Below are positions 1 to 9,814 of a stretch of DNA of 36,508 bases, one piece after another. The stretch's first letter is position 1. Each line of letters begins with the position of its first letter. Below the pieces are notes generated by a model. The model worked only from the letters and a program-made list of their open reading frames with translations, was not told the origin of the DNA and did not search any database. This stretch comes from an uncultured Campylobacter sp. GTDB lineage: Bacteria; Campylobacterota; Campylobacteria; Campylobacterales; Campylobacteraceae. Location: the NCBI RefSeq assembly GCF_938031315.1, contig NZ_CALHHT010000503.1, positions 1-36,508 on the forward strand, given 5' to 3'. Position numbers and translations under genes: made by a program.

Positions 1-2
1 GC

Positions 3-59
3 GAGCTGAGCGCAAGCCCCTTTGAGAGCAAGGATGCCGCCCGCGAGTATTTTGTGTAA
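3..59 (+). CDS. Probable 3' end of a gene entering from the left edge (…ELSASPFESKDAAREYFV*)
   Basis: Open frame from the window edge to TAA at 57-59, with codon usage like neighbouring genes. Too short to identify. Confidence 0.4.
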   Translation, partial: ELSASPFESKDAAREYFV

Positions 60-267
60 AATCCAAACCGCCATCCAGGTTGTATTTGATAGGCGTAAAA
101 ACGATACATAAGCGCAAGAAGCTGCGATAGCAGATACAAGAGTAAAATTTAAATGGTAACGCCCGAAATATACCGAAAATGCGTCAGGCTCAGAGTTAAA
201 TTTAACCGCCGCGAGCGCTAAATTTAAACGCAAAAGCGAGCAAATTTTATAGGCTCAAGGAGCGTTT

Positions 268-822
268 ATGGAGTATTTCAAACTGTTTTTCGTAAAGATC
301 CCAGGCCGCGCCAGAGAGGACGACCATACGAGCGCGCACGATCAGATAATCGCGCCGCTACTGCAAAATGCGCTCGCCGCCTATGTCTATAACGGCCGCA
401 AAGATAGCATCGTGGGGGCATTCGGCAGTGTGGAGCACCCGCTAAACTTAAGCGAGTTTAGTTTTCTCGTGCGCGAGCGGGGCAAATTTCGCCTCGATCT
501 CGCGCGCGAATGCGTAAACGGCGCCGAGATTTTTTGGAACGCTTGCAGTTTTAGGCGCGGCTCGGTCGTTGTTTTGCTTGAGGGCGAGTTTGATCTGGCG
601 CCTATTTTGCGCCGCTGTGCCGAGATAAGCATAGACGAGACGCCAAATATGAGCAACAGCCCCGCGGCGACCAAGCTTGCCAAGCGCGCGATGAGCGAGG
701 GGCGGATCGCCGTGCTTTTTAGCGCGTCAAACGGGATAGAGTGGATGGATATCTACGCTCCAAAGGCGGTGCGGGATAAAATTTTAAAACTTGCGGATGA
801 GACAAACGGGGATGAAATTTAA
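268..822 (+). CDS. Hypothetical protein, 184 aa
   Basis: ATG preceded by AAGGAG (~258-263); globular-looking composition; no family recognised. Confidence 0.75.
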   Translation: MEYFKLFFVKIPGRAREDDHTSAHDQIIAPLLQNALAAYVYNGRKDSIVGAFGSVEHPLNLSEFSFLVRERGKFRLDLARECVNGAEIFWNACSFRRGSVVVLLEGEFDLAPILRRCAEISIDETPNMSNSPAATKLAKRAMSEGRIAVLFSASNGIEWMDIYAPKAVRDKILKLADETNGDEI

Positions 823-922
823 AATTTAAAAGCCGAGCTCTGCGCTAAATTTCACGCTGGATGGCATTATGCGCCCCTGTGCGCGCAGACAAAAACAGAG
901 GTCGCGAAAATAGATTTCGCAC

Positions 923-2275
923 CTATCGCCCTCTACGCCTTGATAAAAGATAAAACAAAATGATCGCCGCCAAAACCGCCGCGATTGCGGCGTAAATTTT
1001 ACCCATGCCGCCGTAGCTTTTGGAGCTGTCGCTTAAATACAGATTTATTACCGCGCCGTTACCCGTTGAAATTTCAAGCTTCGCGCCCTTTGCGCCGTTT
1101 AGCTTTACGCGCAACATATTTGCCGCGGGGCTTGAAATTTCGGGCTTATCCATAAAAGAGTAGCTGGTTTTATAGCTTTTCATCAAATCGTTGCAGTCTT
1201 TCGGGGTTACGAATATGTCGTAAAACGCGCCGTTTTTCACGCTCAGATTTTCTCCGCCTTGCACGACGAAGTATCTAAATTTAGGCGCCTGTGTGATAAA
1301 CTCCCACCGCAGCGTCTTTTGCTTCCCGCCCTGCTCGTAATTAAACTCCGCGCCGTATTTGGTGTCAAATTTAAAAACCTCTCTGCTGAAAAGCACGAAC
1401 TGCCTATCGCTTAAAATGGCGTTAGGATCGGAGTTTTTGTCTAAAATTTTAACGTTTTGAAGCTCCCTGCCGCCTTCGTAAATTTTAAAACTTTTCATCG
1501 CTACGGGCGGCTGGGCGGAATTAAACTCCACGCTTACGGGATTTGCGGTAATTTTGCACTCTGGCATGGGGTCTGGAATTTCATTGCTGAAAAACGCAAG
1601 CGCGGGCTCGTCGTTCGGGTAATACACATAGGGGTGCGAGTTTAGCGCGGTGGCGCCTTTGAACTTATCCTCCCTCATCCGCAGCGTTTCGTTTTTACAC
1701 ATCCCCAGTAGAAATTTGCCGCCTCCTTCGTCGTTTAAATTCCGCGAGCAAAAGGCGTTGAGGCGTGAATTTCCCATCTCAAAAACGTAGCTACTTTTTT
1801 TGCCGTGCTCAAAATAGCCGATGCCGATCTCATCCGAGGCAAAATCCAAAAATGCAAATCTATGGTAAATCGCGCTTAAAAGCCCGTCGATCGCGCTTTT
1901 TAGATCGCTTGAATTATAGGATAAATTTTCCCTCACGACGGCATTATAGCCTGCGTAAAAAGCGCGCTTTGACGGATTCTCGCCCGTAAAATTCGGCTTG
2001 CCCGGGGTCTCGTCGTGCGACATCGCCTCGTTTGCGACGACATATTTTGCGTGATTAAGCGCGGAGGTGTTTAAAATTTCATTCTGCGAAAGCTGATTTA
2101 GCCCCGATTTTGCGCGCACATTGTTGATGTAGCTTAGCGGATCGTCGTAAAAGGAAAAGCCGCTCATCGCAACGAGCGGCTGTTTTAAATTTGAAGGGGT
2201 GTTTTCGCATGCGGCAAAAAGCGCGCAGATCGCCCCGAGGCCCAGAAGCCTAAGCCGTAGGGCCCGCTTTAGCAA
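923..2275 (-). CDS. CAP (SCP-like) domain lipoprotein with C-terminal membrane anchor
   Basis: Signal peptide with lipobox-like FAAC; CAP motifs ([11 protein letters not shown]…SALNHAKY…HDE…ENLS…[11 protein letters not shown]…IGIG); C-terminal hydrophobic helix followed by RRRGR. The TTG start overlaps the pckA 3' end, with a GAGG upstream. Confidence 0.8.
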   Translation of the reverse strand: MLKRALRLRLLGLGAICALFAACENTPSNLKQPLVAMSGFSFYDDPLSYINNVRAKSGLNQLSQNEILNTSALNHAKYVVANEAMSHDETPGKPNFTGENPSKRAFYAGYNAVVRENLSYNSSDLKSAIDGLLSAIYHRFAFLDFASDEIGIGYFEHGKKSSYVFEMGNSRLNAFCSRNLNDEGGGKFLLGMCKNETLRMREDKFKGATALNSHPYVYYPNDEPALAFFSNEIPDPMPECKITANPVSVEFNSAQPPVAMKSFKIYEGGRELQNVKILDKNSDPNAILSDRQFVLFSREVFKFDTKYGAEFNYEQGGKQKTLRWEFITQAPKFRYFVVQGGENLSVKNGAFYDIFVTPKDCNDLMKSYKTSYSFMDKPEISSPAANMLRVKLNGAKGAKLEISTGNGAVINLYLSDSSKSYGGMGKIYAAIAAVLAAIILFYLLSRRRGR

Positions 2276-3833
2276 ACTCGACCCCCTCTTTTACGTCCTC
2301 GTAGCGTTTAAAATTCGCCTCAAACATGCTCGCTAGTTTATCGCGAGTTGCGACGTATTGGCCCTTGTTTTCCCATGTATTGATCGGATTTAGCAGCTTA
2401 GTCTCGACGCCTGCGAGCTCTTTTGGGATCGCGAGGTTAAATTTCTCGAAATTTTCAAATTCGCACTTTTTGATGCTGCCGTCTAAGATCGCGTTTATGC
2501 ATGCGCGCGTAGCCTTGATGCTCATTCGCTTGCCCACGCCGTATGCGCCGCCGCTCCAGCCGGTATTTACCAGATAGACGCTAACATTATGCTTGTCGAT
2601 CTTTTCGCCTAGCAGCTTAGCGTAAACGGTCGGGTGTAGCGGCATAAACGGCTCGCCAAAGCACGCGCTAAATGTCGCGACGGGCTCGGTGATACCGCGC
2701 TCGGTGCCCGCGACTTTTGCCGTATAGCCGCTGAGGAAATAATACATCGCCTGCTCTTTGGTTAGTTTTGCGACCGGAGGCAAAACGCCGAATGCGTCGG
2801 CTGTTAGGAAGATGATGTTTTTGGGATGGCCGCCCGCAGAGCTTGGCTCGTAGCCCTCGATATGATAGATCGGGTAGCTGACGCGGGTGTTTTCGGTCTT
2901 GCTGCCGTCTTTGTAGTCCACGACGCCAGCCTCATCTGCGACCACGTTTTCAAGCAGCGCGTCGCGTTTGATCGCGGCGTAAATTTCAGGCTCGCTGCTC
3001 GGGTCTAAATTTATGCACTTCGCGTAGCAGCCGCCCTCGAAGTTAAATATCCCCTCATCGTCCCAGCCGTGCTCATCATCGCCTATTAGCTTGCGATTAG
3101 GATCGGTCGATAGCGTCGTTTTGCCCGTGCCGCTTAGACCAAAAAATAGCGCCGTGTCGCCCTCTTTGCCCACGTTTGCCGAGCAGTGCATCGACATCTT
3201 GCCCGCAAGCGGTAGCCAGTAGTTCATCATCGAAAAAATTCCTTTTTTCATCTCGCCGCCGTACCAGGTGCCGCCGATGACGGCGACGTTTTCCTCAACG
3301 TTAAAAATAACGAAAACGTCGCTGTGAAGCCCGTCGCTCGCGTAATCTTCGTTTTTGCATTTGCACGCGTTGTAAACGACGAAATCAGGATGAAATTCCG
3401 CTAGCTCGCTCTTGCTTGGGCGGATGAACATATTTTTAACAAAATGCGCCTGCCACGCGACTTCGGTTACGAAGCGCACGTTTTTGCGGCTGGATTTGCT
3501 CGCGCCGCAAAATGCGTCTTGGATAAAGATTTCCTTGCCGCTTAGCTGGGCTTTTGCCTTGGTTAAAAGCTTATCGAAAAGCTCTTTTGAGATAGGCTGA
3601 TTTATCTTGCCCCAGGCGATGTATTTTTGGCTCGGGTCTTGTTTTACAAAGTACTTATCCTTTGGGCTGCGACCCGTAAAGATGCCGGTATCGACCATAA
3701 AGGTGCCGTTGCTTGATACGCGCCCCTCGCCTCTTGCCTTTTCAAGCTCAAAAAGCTCGTCGTAGCTTAGGTTGTGATTGATTTTTTTGATATTTTTAAG
3801 ACCTAGTTTATCCAGATCGTTCGGAGTTGCCAT
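2250..3833 (-). CDS. pckA: Phosphoenolpyruvate carboxykinase (ATP)
   Basis: [20 protein letters not shown]-loop [20 protein letters not shown] and NFEGGCYAK motifs; AAGGA RBS. Confidence 0.98.
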   Translation of the reverse strand: MATPNDLDKLGLKNIKKINHNLSYDELFELEKARGEGRVSSNGTFMVDTGIFTGRSPKDKYFVKQDPSQKYIAWGKINQPISKELFDKLLTKAKAQLSGKEIFIQDAFCGASKSSRKNVRFVTEVAWQAHFVKNMFIRPSKSELAEFHPDFVVYNACKCKNEDYASDGLHSDVFVIFNVEENVAVIGGTWYGGEMKKGIFSMMNYWLPLAGKMSMHCSANVGKEGDTALFFGLSGTGKTTLSTDPNRKLIGDDEHGWDDEGIFNFEGGCYAKCINLDPSSEPEIYAAIKRDALLENVVADEAGVVDYKDGSKTENTRVSYPIYHIEGYEPSSAGGHPKNIIFLTADAFGVLPPVAKLTKEQAMYYFLSGYTAKVAGTERGITEPVATFSACFGEPFMPLHPTVYAKLLGEKIDKHNVSVYLVNTGWSGGAYGVGKRMSIKATRACINAILDGSIKKCEFENFEKFNLAIPKELAGVETKLLNPINTWENKGQYVATRDKLASMFEANFKRYEDVKEGVEFAKAGPTA

Positions 3834-3875
3834 TTTGCGTCCTTTTTAAATTAAATTTTGATAAAAGATTGCGCT

Positions 3876-3881
3876 ATTATA
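3876..3881 (-). promoter_or_regulatory. Sigma70 -10 box (TATAAT) for pckA
   Basis: Minus strand reads AAGCTATAAT ~43 nt upstream of the pckA ATG, and downstream of the pycB terminator. Confidence 0.6.
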
Positions 3882-3929
3882 GCTTAAAATTTAGGTGAGC
3901 TCGCTTAAGCACCGAGGATGATCGCCATG

Positions 3930-3959
3930 AAATTTAGGCGGAAGCGCCCGCCTAAATTT
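3930..3959 (-). terminator. Hairpin terminator after pycB
   Basis: Perfect 12-bp inverted repeat AAATTTAGGCGG-aagcgc-CCGCCTAAATTT, just past the pycB stop. Confidence 0.7.
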
Positions 3960-3965
3960 TAGAGC

Positions 3966-5789
3966 TTATCTTAAAATCGCGAGCACTTGATCGGCATCGA
4001 CCGTATCGCCCTGGGCGACTAAAATTTTATCGATTATACCTTTGCGCGGGCTTTCGATATTTATCTCCATCTTCATCGCTTCAAGAACGATGACATTCTG
4101 CCCCGCCTTAACAGCGTCGCCTTCCTTTATTAAAATTTTAAATACGTTGCTAGGAAGCGTCGCTTTTACTTCGTTGTCGTCCGTACCGCTTGCCTTGCTT
4201 TCAGGAGCGGCTTGCACTTGCGGCTTTGCGGGCGCTGAGGTATCGAAGCTGACGTCGTATCGATCGCCGTTTACGAGCACGTTTTGCCCGGCGAATTCTA
4301 CGCTGTAAATTTTGCCGTTAATTTTAACGTCAAATTTGCCATTTTTAGAAATACCGTTTTGATGGCTTGCAGCGGGCGCTACGTCCTCTTTTTTGCGGCT
4401 CATCACCTTGCCCTCGCCTTTTAAAAACGCGATGCCTTTTTCTTTGCACGCAAGCGCGATAAATATGTTCTCCTCGCTAGGCTCGATGCCCTGCTCGCGT
4501 AGAATCTTCTGCGCATACGCGACGCTCTTGCTCTCGTCGGCATCGGCGATATCTACGGCATGCTTGGTCGTAGGCTGTAGTCCCAGCTGCTCCGCCGCCA
4601 TCTTAATCACGCCGTCGTCGGGTTTAACGGGCGTTTTACCGAAATAGCCTAGCACCATCTTGCCGTAGCCCTCGGCGATCTTTTTCCACGGGCCGAACAT
4701 TACGTTGTTAAACGCCTGCTGAAAATAAAACTGACTGACCGGCGTCACGCTCGTGCCGAAACCGCCCTTTTCGACGACCTCTCGCATAGCCTTGATGACG
4801 GCTGGAAATTTGTCTAAAATTTTATTATCGCGCATCATCTGCGTATTTGCGGTAAGCGCGCCCCCTGGCATCGGCGAAAACGGAATGAGCGGGCTTACTT
4901 GCGTGGCCTCTGGCGGCATGAAGTAATCCTTCAAGCACTCGCCCAAAACCTCTTCGTATTTTAAAATTTTCTCTGCATCCAGGCCCAGGTCGAAATTTTG
5001 TCCCTTCGTCGCGTGCAACAGCGTGAGGATGTCTGGCTGGCTAGTGCCGCCGCTTACGGGATGCGCGGCAAGGTCGATGCCGTCTACGCCCGCAACGAGC
5101 GCAGCCTGATAGCATGCGACGCTAACGCCCGCCGTCTCGTGAGTGTGCAGGCGGATATGTACGCCGTCGCCTAAAATTTTACGCGCGCGCTTGATCGTCT
5201 CATAGACCTTCTGCGGGCTGCTCGTGCCGCTTGCGTCTTTGAAGCAGATACTGTCAAACGGGATCTGCGCGTCTAAAATTTGACGCAGAATTCTCTCGTA
5301 AAACGCCGCATCGTGCGCGCCGCTGCATCCCGGCGGCAGATCCATCATCGTAACCACGACTTCATGTTTAAGACCGTGACGATGTATGCATTCGCCGCTA
5401 AATTTTAAATTTTCCACGTCGTTTAGCGCGTCGAAATTTCGAATCGTCGTCGTGCCGTGTTTGGCAAAAAGCTTGGCGTGCAGATCGATGATCTCTCGGC
5501 TGCCGGTATCGAGCGTGACGGTATTGACGCCGCGGCTAAGGGTCTGCAGGTTCGCCCCCTCGCCCACGATGCTTCTAAATTTATCCATCATCTCAAACGC
5601 GTCTTCGTTTAGGTAAAAATACAGGCTCTGAAACCGCGCGCCGCCGCCGAACTCAAAGTGCGTGATGCCTGCCTCTTTGGCCGCGCTAACGGCAGGCAAA
5701 AAGTCCGCCATCGCCACGCGCGCGCCGAAAACTGACTGAAATCCGTCGCGAAAAGTCGTATCCATAACGTCGATAAGCTTTTTAGCCAT
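3966..5789 (-). CDS. pycB: Pyruvate carboxylase subunit B / OadA-like carboxyltransferase with biotinyl domain
   Basis: DTTFRDGFQS, FGGGARF, IRNFDALND, FKDASG, HTHET and VTPVSQ motifs; C-terminal biotin-attachment motif EAMKM. Adjacent to pckA, as in C. jejuni. Confidence 0.92.
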   Translation of the reverse strand: MAKKLIDVMDTTFRDGFQSVFGARVAMADFLPAVSAAKEAGITHFEFGGGARFQSLYFYLNEDAFEMMDKFRSIVGEGANLQTLSRGVNTVTLDTGSREIIDLHAKLFAKHGTTTIRNFDALNDVENLKFSGECIHRHGLKHEVVVTMMDLPPGCSGAHDAAFYERILRQILDAQIPFDSICFKDASGTSSPQKVYETIKRARKILGDGVHIRLHTHETAGVSVACYQAALVAGVDGIDLAAHPVSGGTSQPDILTLLHATKGQNFDLGLDAEKILKYEEVLGECLKDYFMPPEATQVSPLIPFSPMPGGALTANTQMMRDNKILDKFPAVIKAMREVVEKGGFGTSVTPVSQFYFQQAFNNVMFGPWKKIAEGYGKMVLGYFGKTPVKPDDGVIKMAAEQLGLQPTTKHAVDIADADESKSVAYAQKILREQGIEPSEENIFIALACKEKGIAFLKGEGKVMSRKKEDVAPAASHQNGISKNGKFDVKINGKIYSVEFAGQNVLVNGDRYDVSFDTSAPAKPQVQAAPESKASGTDDNEVKATLPSNVFKILIKEGDAVKAGQNVIVLEAMKMEINIESPRKGIIDKILVAQGDTVDADQVLAILR

Positions 5790-6104
5790 TTTTAGCTCCT
5801 AGATTAAATTTTGCAAATTCTAATATTTCTAGCCTAAAAAAGCTTTTAAAATAGAAATTTTATATGAATTTCGCCTGCGTTCGCTTGCGGTGGCGGAATT
5901 AAAATTTGGTAGCAAAATTAAAAAATTTAATGCGAGCGGGAGCAATTGTGGCAGCGAGCGGGAGCCGGCGGGGGCTCTCACAAGGATGCCGAATTTTATT
6001 CGCGTAAAATTCTCTAATTCAAAATTTAGCTCGAAATTTTGCCGCGAGAATGAAATTTTTAGCGAAAATATCTGCAATTTATTATAAAATTACGCGCAGA
6101 AAGG

Positions 6105-6722
6105 ATGTTCATGGCTTTAAAATTTCAAAACAGATACTCTAAAAAATTCCTAATTTTCTGCGCAGTGTGGGCGCTTTGCTGGCTGGCGTTTTCATATTTT
6201 TTCCTGCAAAAATTTCTTTTCATCTATCCAGAAAACTTTAGCGTGCATGTGCGTTTCGCGCTTTGCGCCGTGGCGTTAGGAGCGATCATTTTAGCCTGCG
6301 GCGAAGCAAGCATATACGCCGCTATATGCGGATACGCGGTATGGTTTTACGGAGCGGTGCTTGGGCTAATCTCGTCGCTAAATTTGGCCAAAATCCGTGT
6401 CGTGTTGCGCGAAGATGGCGAAATGGGAGGGATAAGCGGCTGCGGCGGGGCGGTTAAATTTTTAAATTTGGACTTAAGCGCGGTGCCGATTTTTAAGCCG
6501 TTTAACAGCTGCGCGTTTGACGTACCCGCAGTGCCGGCCGATGCGGCGCTAGAGGGGCTGCAAGCCAAGCTAGCGGCGCTTTATAGCGGAGGTTGGTATC
6601 TCCTTCCGACAAGCAAAAGCGTGGATCTGGCGCAATTTTGGAGTATGATTTTTATATTTTTCGGAATTGTTTGGATTGTTGGAATTTTGCTTGGATTTAT
6701 AAATAAAAGGGCGCAGAGATAA
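6105..6722 (+). CDS. DsbI/DsbB-family membrane protein, atypical (first CXXC absent)
   Basis: Aligns by eye along its length to DsbI-type proteins (FFLQxFLxxxP….VxVRFA; FYGAVLG; GISGC; FKPxxxCAFDVPAVP; GWYLLP; DLAQ). The PCEQCV motif reads PENFSV. Confidence 0.75.
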   Translation: MFMALKFQNRYSKKFLIFCAVWALCWLAFSYFFLQKFLFIYPENFSVHVRFALCAVALGAIILACGEASIYAAICGYAVWFYGAVLGLISSLNLAKIRVVLREDGEMGGISGCGGAVKFLNLDLSAVPIFKPFNSCAFDVPAVPADAALEGLQAKLAALYSGGWYLLPTSKSVDLAQFWSMIFIFFGIVWIVGILLGFINKRAQR

Positions 6723-6732
6723 TCCCTGCGCC
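6710..6732 (-). terminator. Hairpin between the convergent dsbI-like and pilin genes
   Basis: GGCGCAG-9 nt-CTGCGCC, followed on the minus strand by CTTTTATTT. Confidence 0.55.
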
Positions 6733-6739
6733 AAAGAAG

Positions 6740-7123
6740 CTATTGGACAATTACCAACGCATCTGAACTATAAACATTTTCTATAGTTCTTAGATTTGCC
6801 GAATTCCAAACGGTAGCGCATAGTCCATCGTACCCCTTTGTAAGGGTAATTTGGGAAGAACTATTATATGTATATGTAGCGCAAACCGAACCTTTAGCCA
6901 TAATAGGATTTGTAACATTTGTCATATTGGCAAAATCCGCACTATAACTTCCTTGCGAAGTATAGTAGCCTATCATATCGCCCAAGGACATAACTATACT
7001 CTGTGCTGCCCTCACAACCTCTGCATCATCGCGCGTAGCTGCTAGTTTTGGAATGGCAATTGCCGCCAAAACACCTAAAATCACGATCACGAAAATTAAT
7101 TCGATCATAGTAAAGCCCTTCAT
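6740..7123 (-). CDS. Type IV pilin / type II secretion pseudopilin (prepilin N-terminal cleavage/methylation domain)
   Basis: Class III signal peptide MKG^FTMIELIFVIVILGVLAAIAIPKL with Glu5; two Cys in the C-terminal domain; AAGGA RBS; more AT-rich than its flanks. Confidence 0.9.
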   Translation of the reverse strand: MKGFTMIELIFVIVILGVLAAIAIPKLAATRDDAEVVRAAQSIVMSLGDMIGYYTSQGSYSADFANMTNVTNPIMAKGSVCATYTYNSSSQITLTKGYDGLCATVWNSANLRTIENVYSSDALVIVQ

Positions 7124-7158
7124 GTTTTTATCCTTTGATAAAAAATTTTTGGACTTAT

Positions 7159-7164
7159 ATTATA
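7159..7164 (-). promoter_or_regulatory. -10 box (TATAAT) for the pilin gene
   Basis: TATAAT on the minus strand ~36 nt upstream of the ATG. Confidence 0.5.
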
Positions 7165-7186
7165 AGACGTTTACTATAAATTTAGC

Positions 7187-7960
7187 TTAAAAATTCTTTG
7201 CGAACTCCAACATTTCAGGTAAAAATTTCACCACATTCGCACCGATCGCCACATAATGGTTATTTATCAGGCTTTTTCCGTTATAAAGAGGCGCCTTCAT
7301 CGTCTTTAGATCTACTACCGCTCCGCCGCTTTGATGCAGCAAAAAATCCCCAGCGGCGATGTCCCAAAGCGAGCAGTCGCTAAATCTCGCATACGCGCTG
7401 GCGCCTCCCTCGGCTAAGATACAAAATTTTATCGCAGAGCCTTTGCGCACTAGCTGCATTTTAAATTTTTGCGCAAATTGCGGATATTTTTCGGATCTGC
7501 TATGTCGGCCGTGCATGAAGATTTGCGGCGCGCTAGCGGGGCGAGCGAGCAGCGCGCCGTTTTTATAGACTCCGCCGCCATTCGAGCTATATATGTCGCC
7601 GCTTACGGGCACGCCGATCGCCGATAAAATCGGGCGCCCATGCTCGATAAGCGCGATGCAGACGCAAAACTCGCCGTTGCGCGCGATGAACTCCTTCGTG
7701 CCGTCCAGCGGATCTATGAGCCAAAATCTCTCCTCGCTCATGCGCCGCTTGCTATCCAGCACGCACTCTTCCGAGCAGATTGCGATACCGCTAGGCTCTA
7801 GGGTGCGCATTATCACATCGTTTGCCGCAAGATCGGCATTCGTAAGCGGCGATCTGTCCGCTTTGACAAAGACATCAAATTTGTCGTAGTTTTGCATTAT
7901 CGCGACGTTTGCCTTTTTTGCGGCGCCCTCGGCAAGCGCCAAAAGCTCATCCAAGCCCAC
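7187..7960 (-). CDS. cysQ: 3'(2'),5'-bisphosphate nucleotidase (inositol monophosphatase family)
   Basis: KADRSPLTNADLAAN, SEE, WLIDPLDGTKEF, GSAIKF and WDIAAG motifs; GTG start with AAGGAG RBS. Confidence 0.9.
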   Translation of the reverse strand: MGLDELLALAEGAAKKANVAIMQNYDKFDVFVKADRSPLTNADLAANDVIMRTLEPSGIAICSEECVLDSKRRMSEERFWLIDPLDGTKEFIARNGEFCVCIALIEHGRPILSAIGVPVSGDIYSSNGGGVYKNGALLARPASAPQIFMHGRHSRSEKYPQFAQKFKMQLVRKGSAIKFCILAEGGASAYARFSDCSLWDIAAGDFLLHQSGGAVVDLKTMKAPLYNGKSLINNHYVAIGANVVKFLPEMLEFAKNF

Positions 7961-8078
7961 TTTCGCTCCTTAAATTTACTGGCAATTCTATCAAATTTAA
8001 AATTCCAAATCTATAAATTTACGCAAGTAAAAACGGGCGAAATTCCAAAACTCTTTAGAATTTTAATATTCTTTTTTA

Positions 8079-8084
8079 TATAAT
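8079..8084 (+). promoter_or_regulatory. -10 box (TATAAT) for the sapC-like gene
   Basis: TATAAT 25 nt upstream of the ATG; AAGGA RBS at ~8100-8104. Confidence 0.5.
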
Positions 8085-8109
8085 TGCTAAAATTTTTTAA
8101 AGGATCAAC

Positions 8110-8796
8110 ATGACCCCAGTCGTATTAGATAGCGTTAAACACGCGGATTTACAGTATCACGCGGATGCATTCCCTACCGCGCCTTTCGTGCCTGTAATCG
8201 CGCCGGAGATTCCGTTTTGCGCAGACAACCTCGTTATCGTATTTACCATCGAAAAAGAGCCCAAAATGGTGGCGCTGCTAGGACGCACCAAAAACGTCCT
8301 AATCGATAAGGATTATAAGGGAGCGGTGCCTTCCTCGGTGCAGAATTATCCGTTTTTCCTAGCCCAGATCGGCGAGCAGACGGCGATCTGCTTCGATGAG
8401 GACGCGCAGCAGATCAAAGGCGACGGCGAGGCGCTTTTTAAAGACGGCAAGCCGACGCCGTTTTTACAAAATTTAAAAGAGGTAATGAAAAATTACGCCG
8501 ATTTGGATATGCGCACGCGCGTTGCGGCGGCGGAATTTCAAAAGGCGGGGATTTTAGAAGCCAAGGAGCTTGGTATCAACTCTAGCGGCAAGGAATCGTC
8601 TCTGCTGAACGGCTTTTCGGTCGTAAATCGCGAAAAGCTTTTGAAGCTAAGCGATAAAAAGCTCGCGGATTTTGCGCGCCGCGGATATCTGGAGCTAGCG
8701 TATTTCCACCTAAAAAGCCTTGCAAATTTTCAGCGCCTAGGCGATAAGATCATGCAGCTTGATCCGCCGACCGCGCCGAAAGAAGCGAAAAAATAG
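8110..8796 (+). CDS. SapC family protein
   Basis: Pattern LDxxKH…VPVxxxE…IVF…ALLG…P..VxxYPF…CFDE…GEALF.DGKPTPFL…GFSVVNREKL..L…RGYL..AY.HL.SL.NF recalls the SapC family. Confidence 0.75.
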   Translation: MTPVVLDSVKHADLQYHADAFPTAPFVPVIAPEIPFCADNLVIVFTIEKEPKMVALLGRTKNVLIDKDYKGAVPSSVQNYPFFLAQIGEQTAICFDEDAQQIKGDGEALFKDGKPTPFLQNLKEVMKNYADLDMRTRVAAAEFQKAGILEAKELGINSSGKESSLLNGFSVVNREKLLKLSDKKLADFARRGYLELAYFHLKSLANFQRLGDKIMQLDPPTAPKEAKK

Positions 8797-9182
8797 ACGT
8801 TTTCGCCTCCTAAGTAGCTCATAATTTTTAGAATTTAATGTCGCAGATTTATAAAACTTGTAAAACTTACGATTGTTTCGGGGTTTGAAGTTGCCATAAC
8901 CGCATGCGAGCTTGAAGCCCTAGGAGGCTTTATTCGCGGCTAAGCTAAATACACCGCAAATTTAGTCCTAAAATTTTAGCATAGGGTTTTATAACAAAAA
9001 TTTTGCAACAACACAGTACGCAAGATTCCACGCTTAAAATTTCAAGCGAGAAATTTTACTATAAAATTCTATTAAATTTAAAATTTAATTTAAGCAGATC
9101 AATTTATAAAATTTTATTCACACCGCCTAAAACTTTAGTTTTAAATTTAATCCTGCTCTTGCGCTGAAATTTTACTCGCGAT

Positions 9183-9814
9183 TTATAAAAATTCCCGCGG
9201 CTCGTAGATTTGCACGCTGCGTGCATCGCTGATAGCAGCATTTATCATCCCGTGGGCGATACTTGCGCCTCTAAGTGGTCTAAATTTACCAAACGAGCAA
9301 ACAGCAGTTTAAAAAGCACCACTGCAAGCCGCTCTAGCGGGCGAGCATCCGATCTCTCGCCCAAGATTAACGGCGGACGAACGATCTGAAGGCTGTCAAA
9401 GCCAAGCTCGCTCACGCTCCGCTCGATACGTCTTTTGGCGCGCAGATAAAAGCTTAGCGAGCCCTCGTTTGCGCCCGGAGATGACACAAGCACGAAGCGC
9501 AGCGCGCCCGCTGCTTTGCCCCATTTCGCCGCCGCATAGACGTAGTCTACATCCACGCGCAAAAACGCCTCGCGCGAACCCGCCTGCTTCATCGTCGTAC
9601 CCAGCGCGCAAAAAATTTCGTCAAATTTATGCGGCGCGATATCCGAGATGCCCTCAAAATCAATGATCCGCGCGCGAAGCTTAGGGCGGCAAAAGCCTAT
9701 CTCGCGGCGCACCCACGCCTCTACCTCATCGTAACCCGGACTCTCGCAAAGCTCGCGCACCAGTTCCCTGCCTACGACGCCCGTAGCGCCAAGCACCAAG
9801 GCGGATTTTCCCAT
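9183..9814 (-). pseudogene. NAD(P)H-binding oxidoreductase (YraR/HTATIP2-like), frameshifted near the 3' end
   Basis: GATGVVG Rossmann motif, FCALGTT, FLRVDVDY and FY…K motifs. The family-like C-terminus FGKFRPLRGASIAHGMINAA…VQIYEPREFL* lies in another frame and ends at TAA 9183-9185. The 632-nt span is one base short of in-frame. Confidence 0.75.

Noticed and set aside
5829..6087. Overlapping 82-aa and 65-aa ORFs between pycB and the dsbI-like gene
   Set aside because: The translations are dominated by NF/KF/EF from RAATTY repeats, with no convincing RBS; this is a divergent promoter region.
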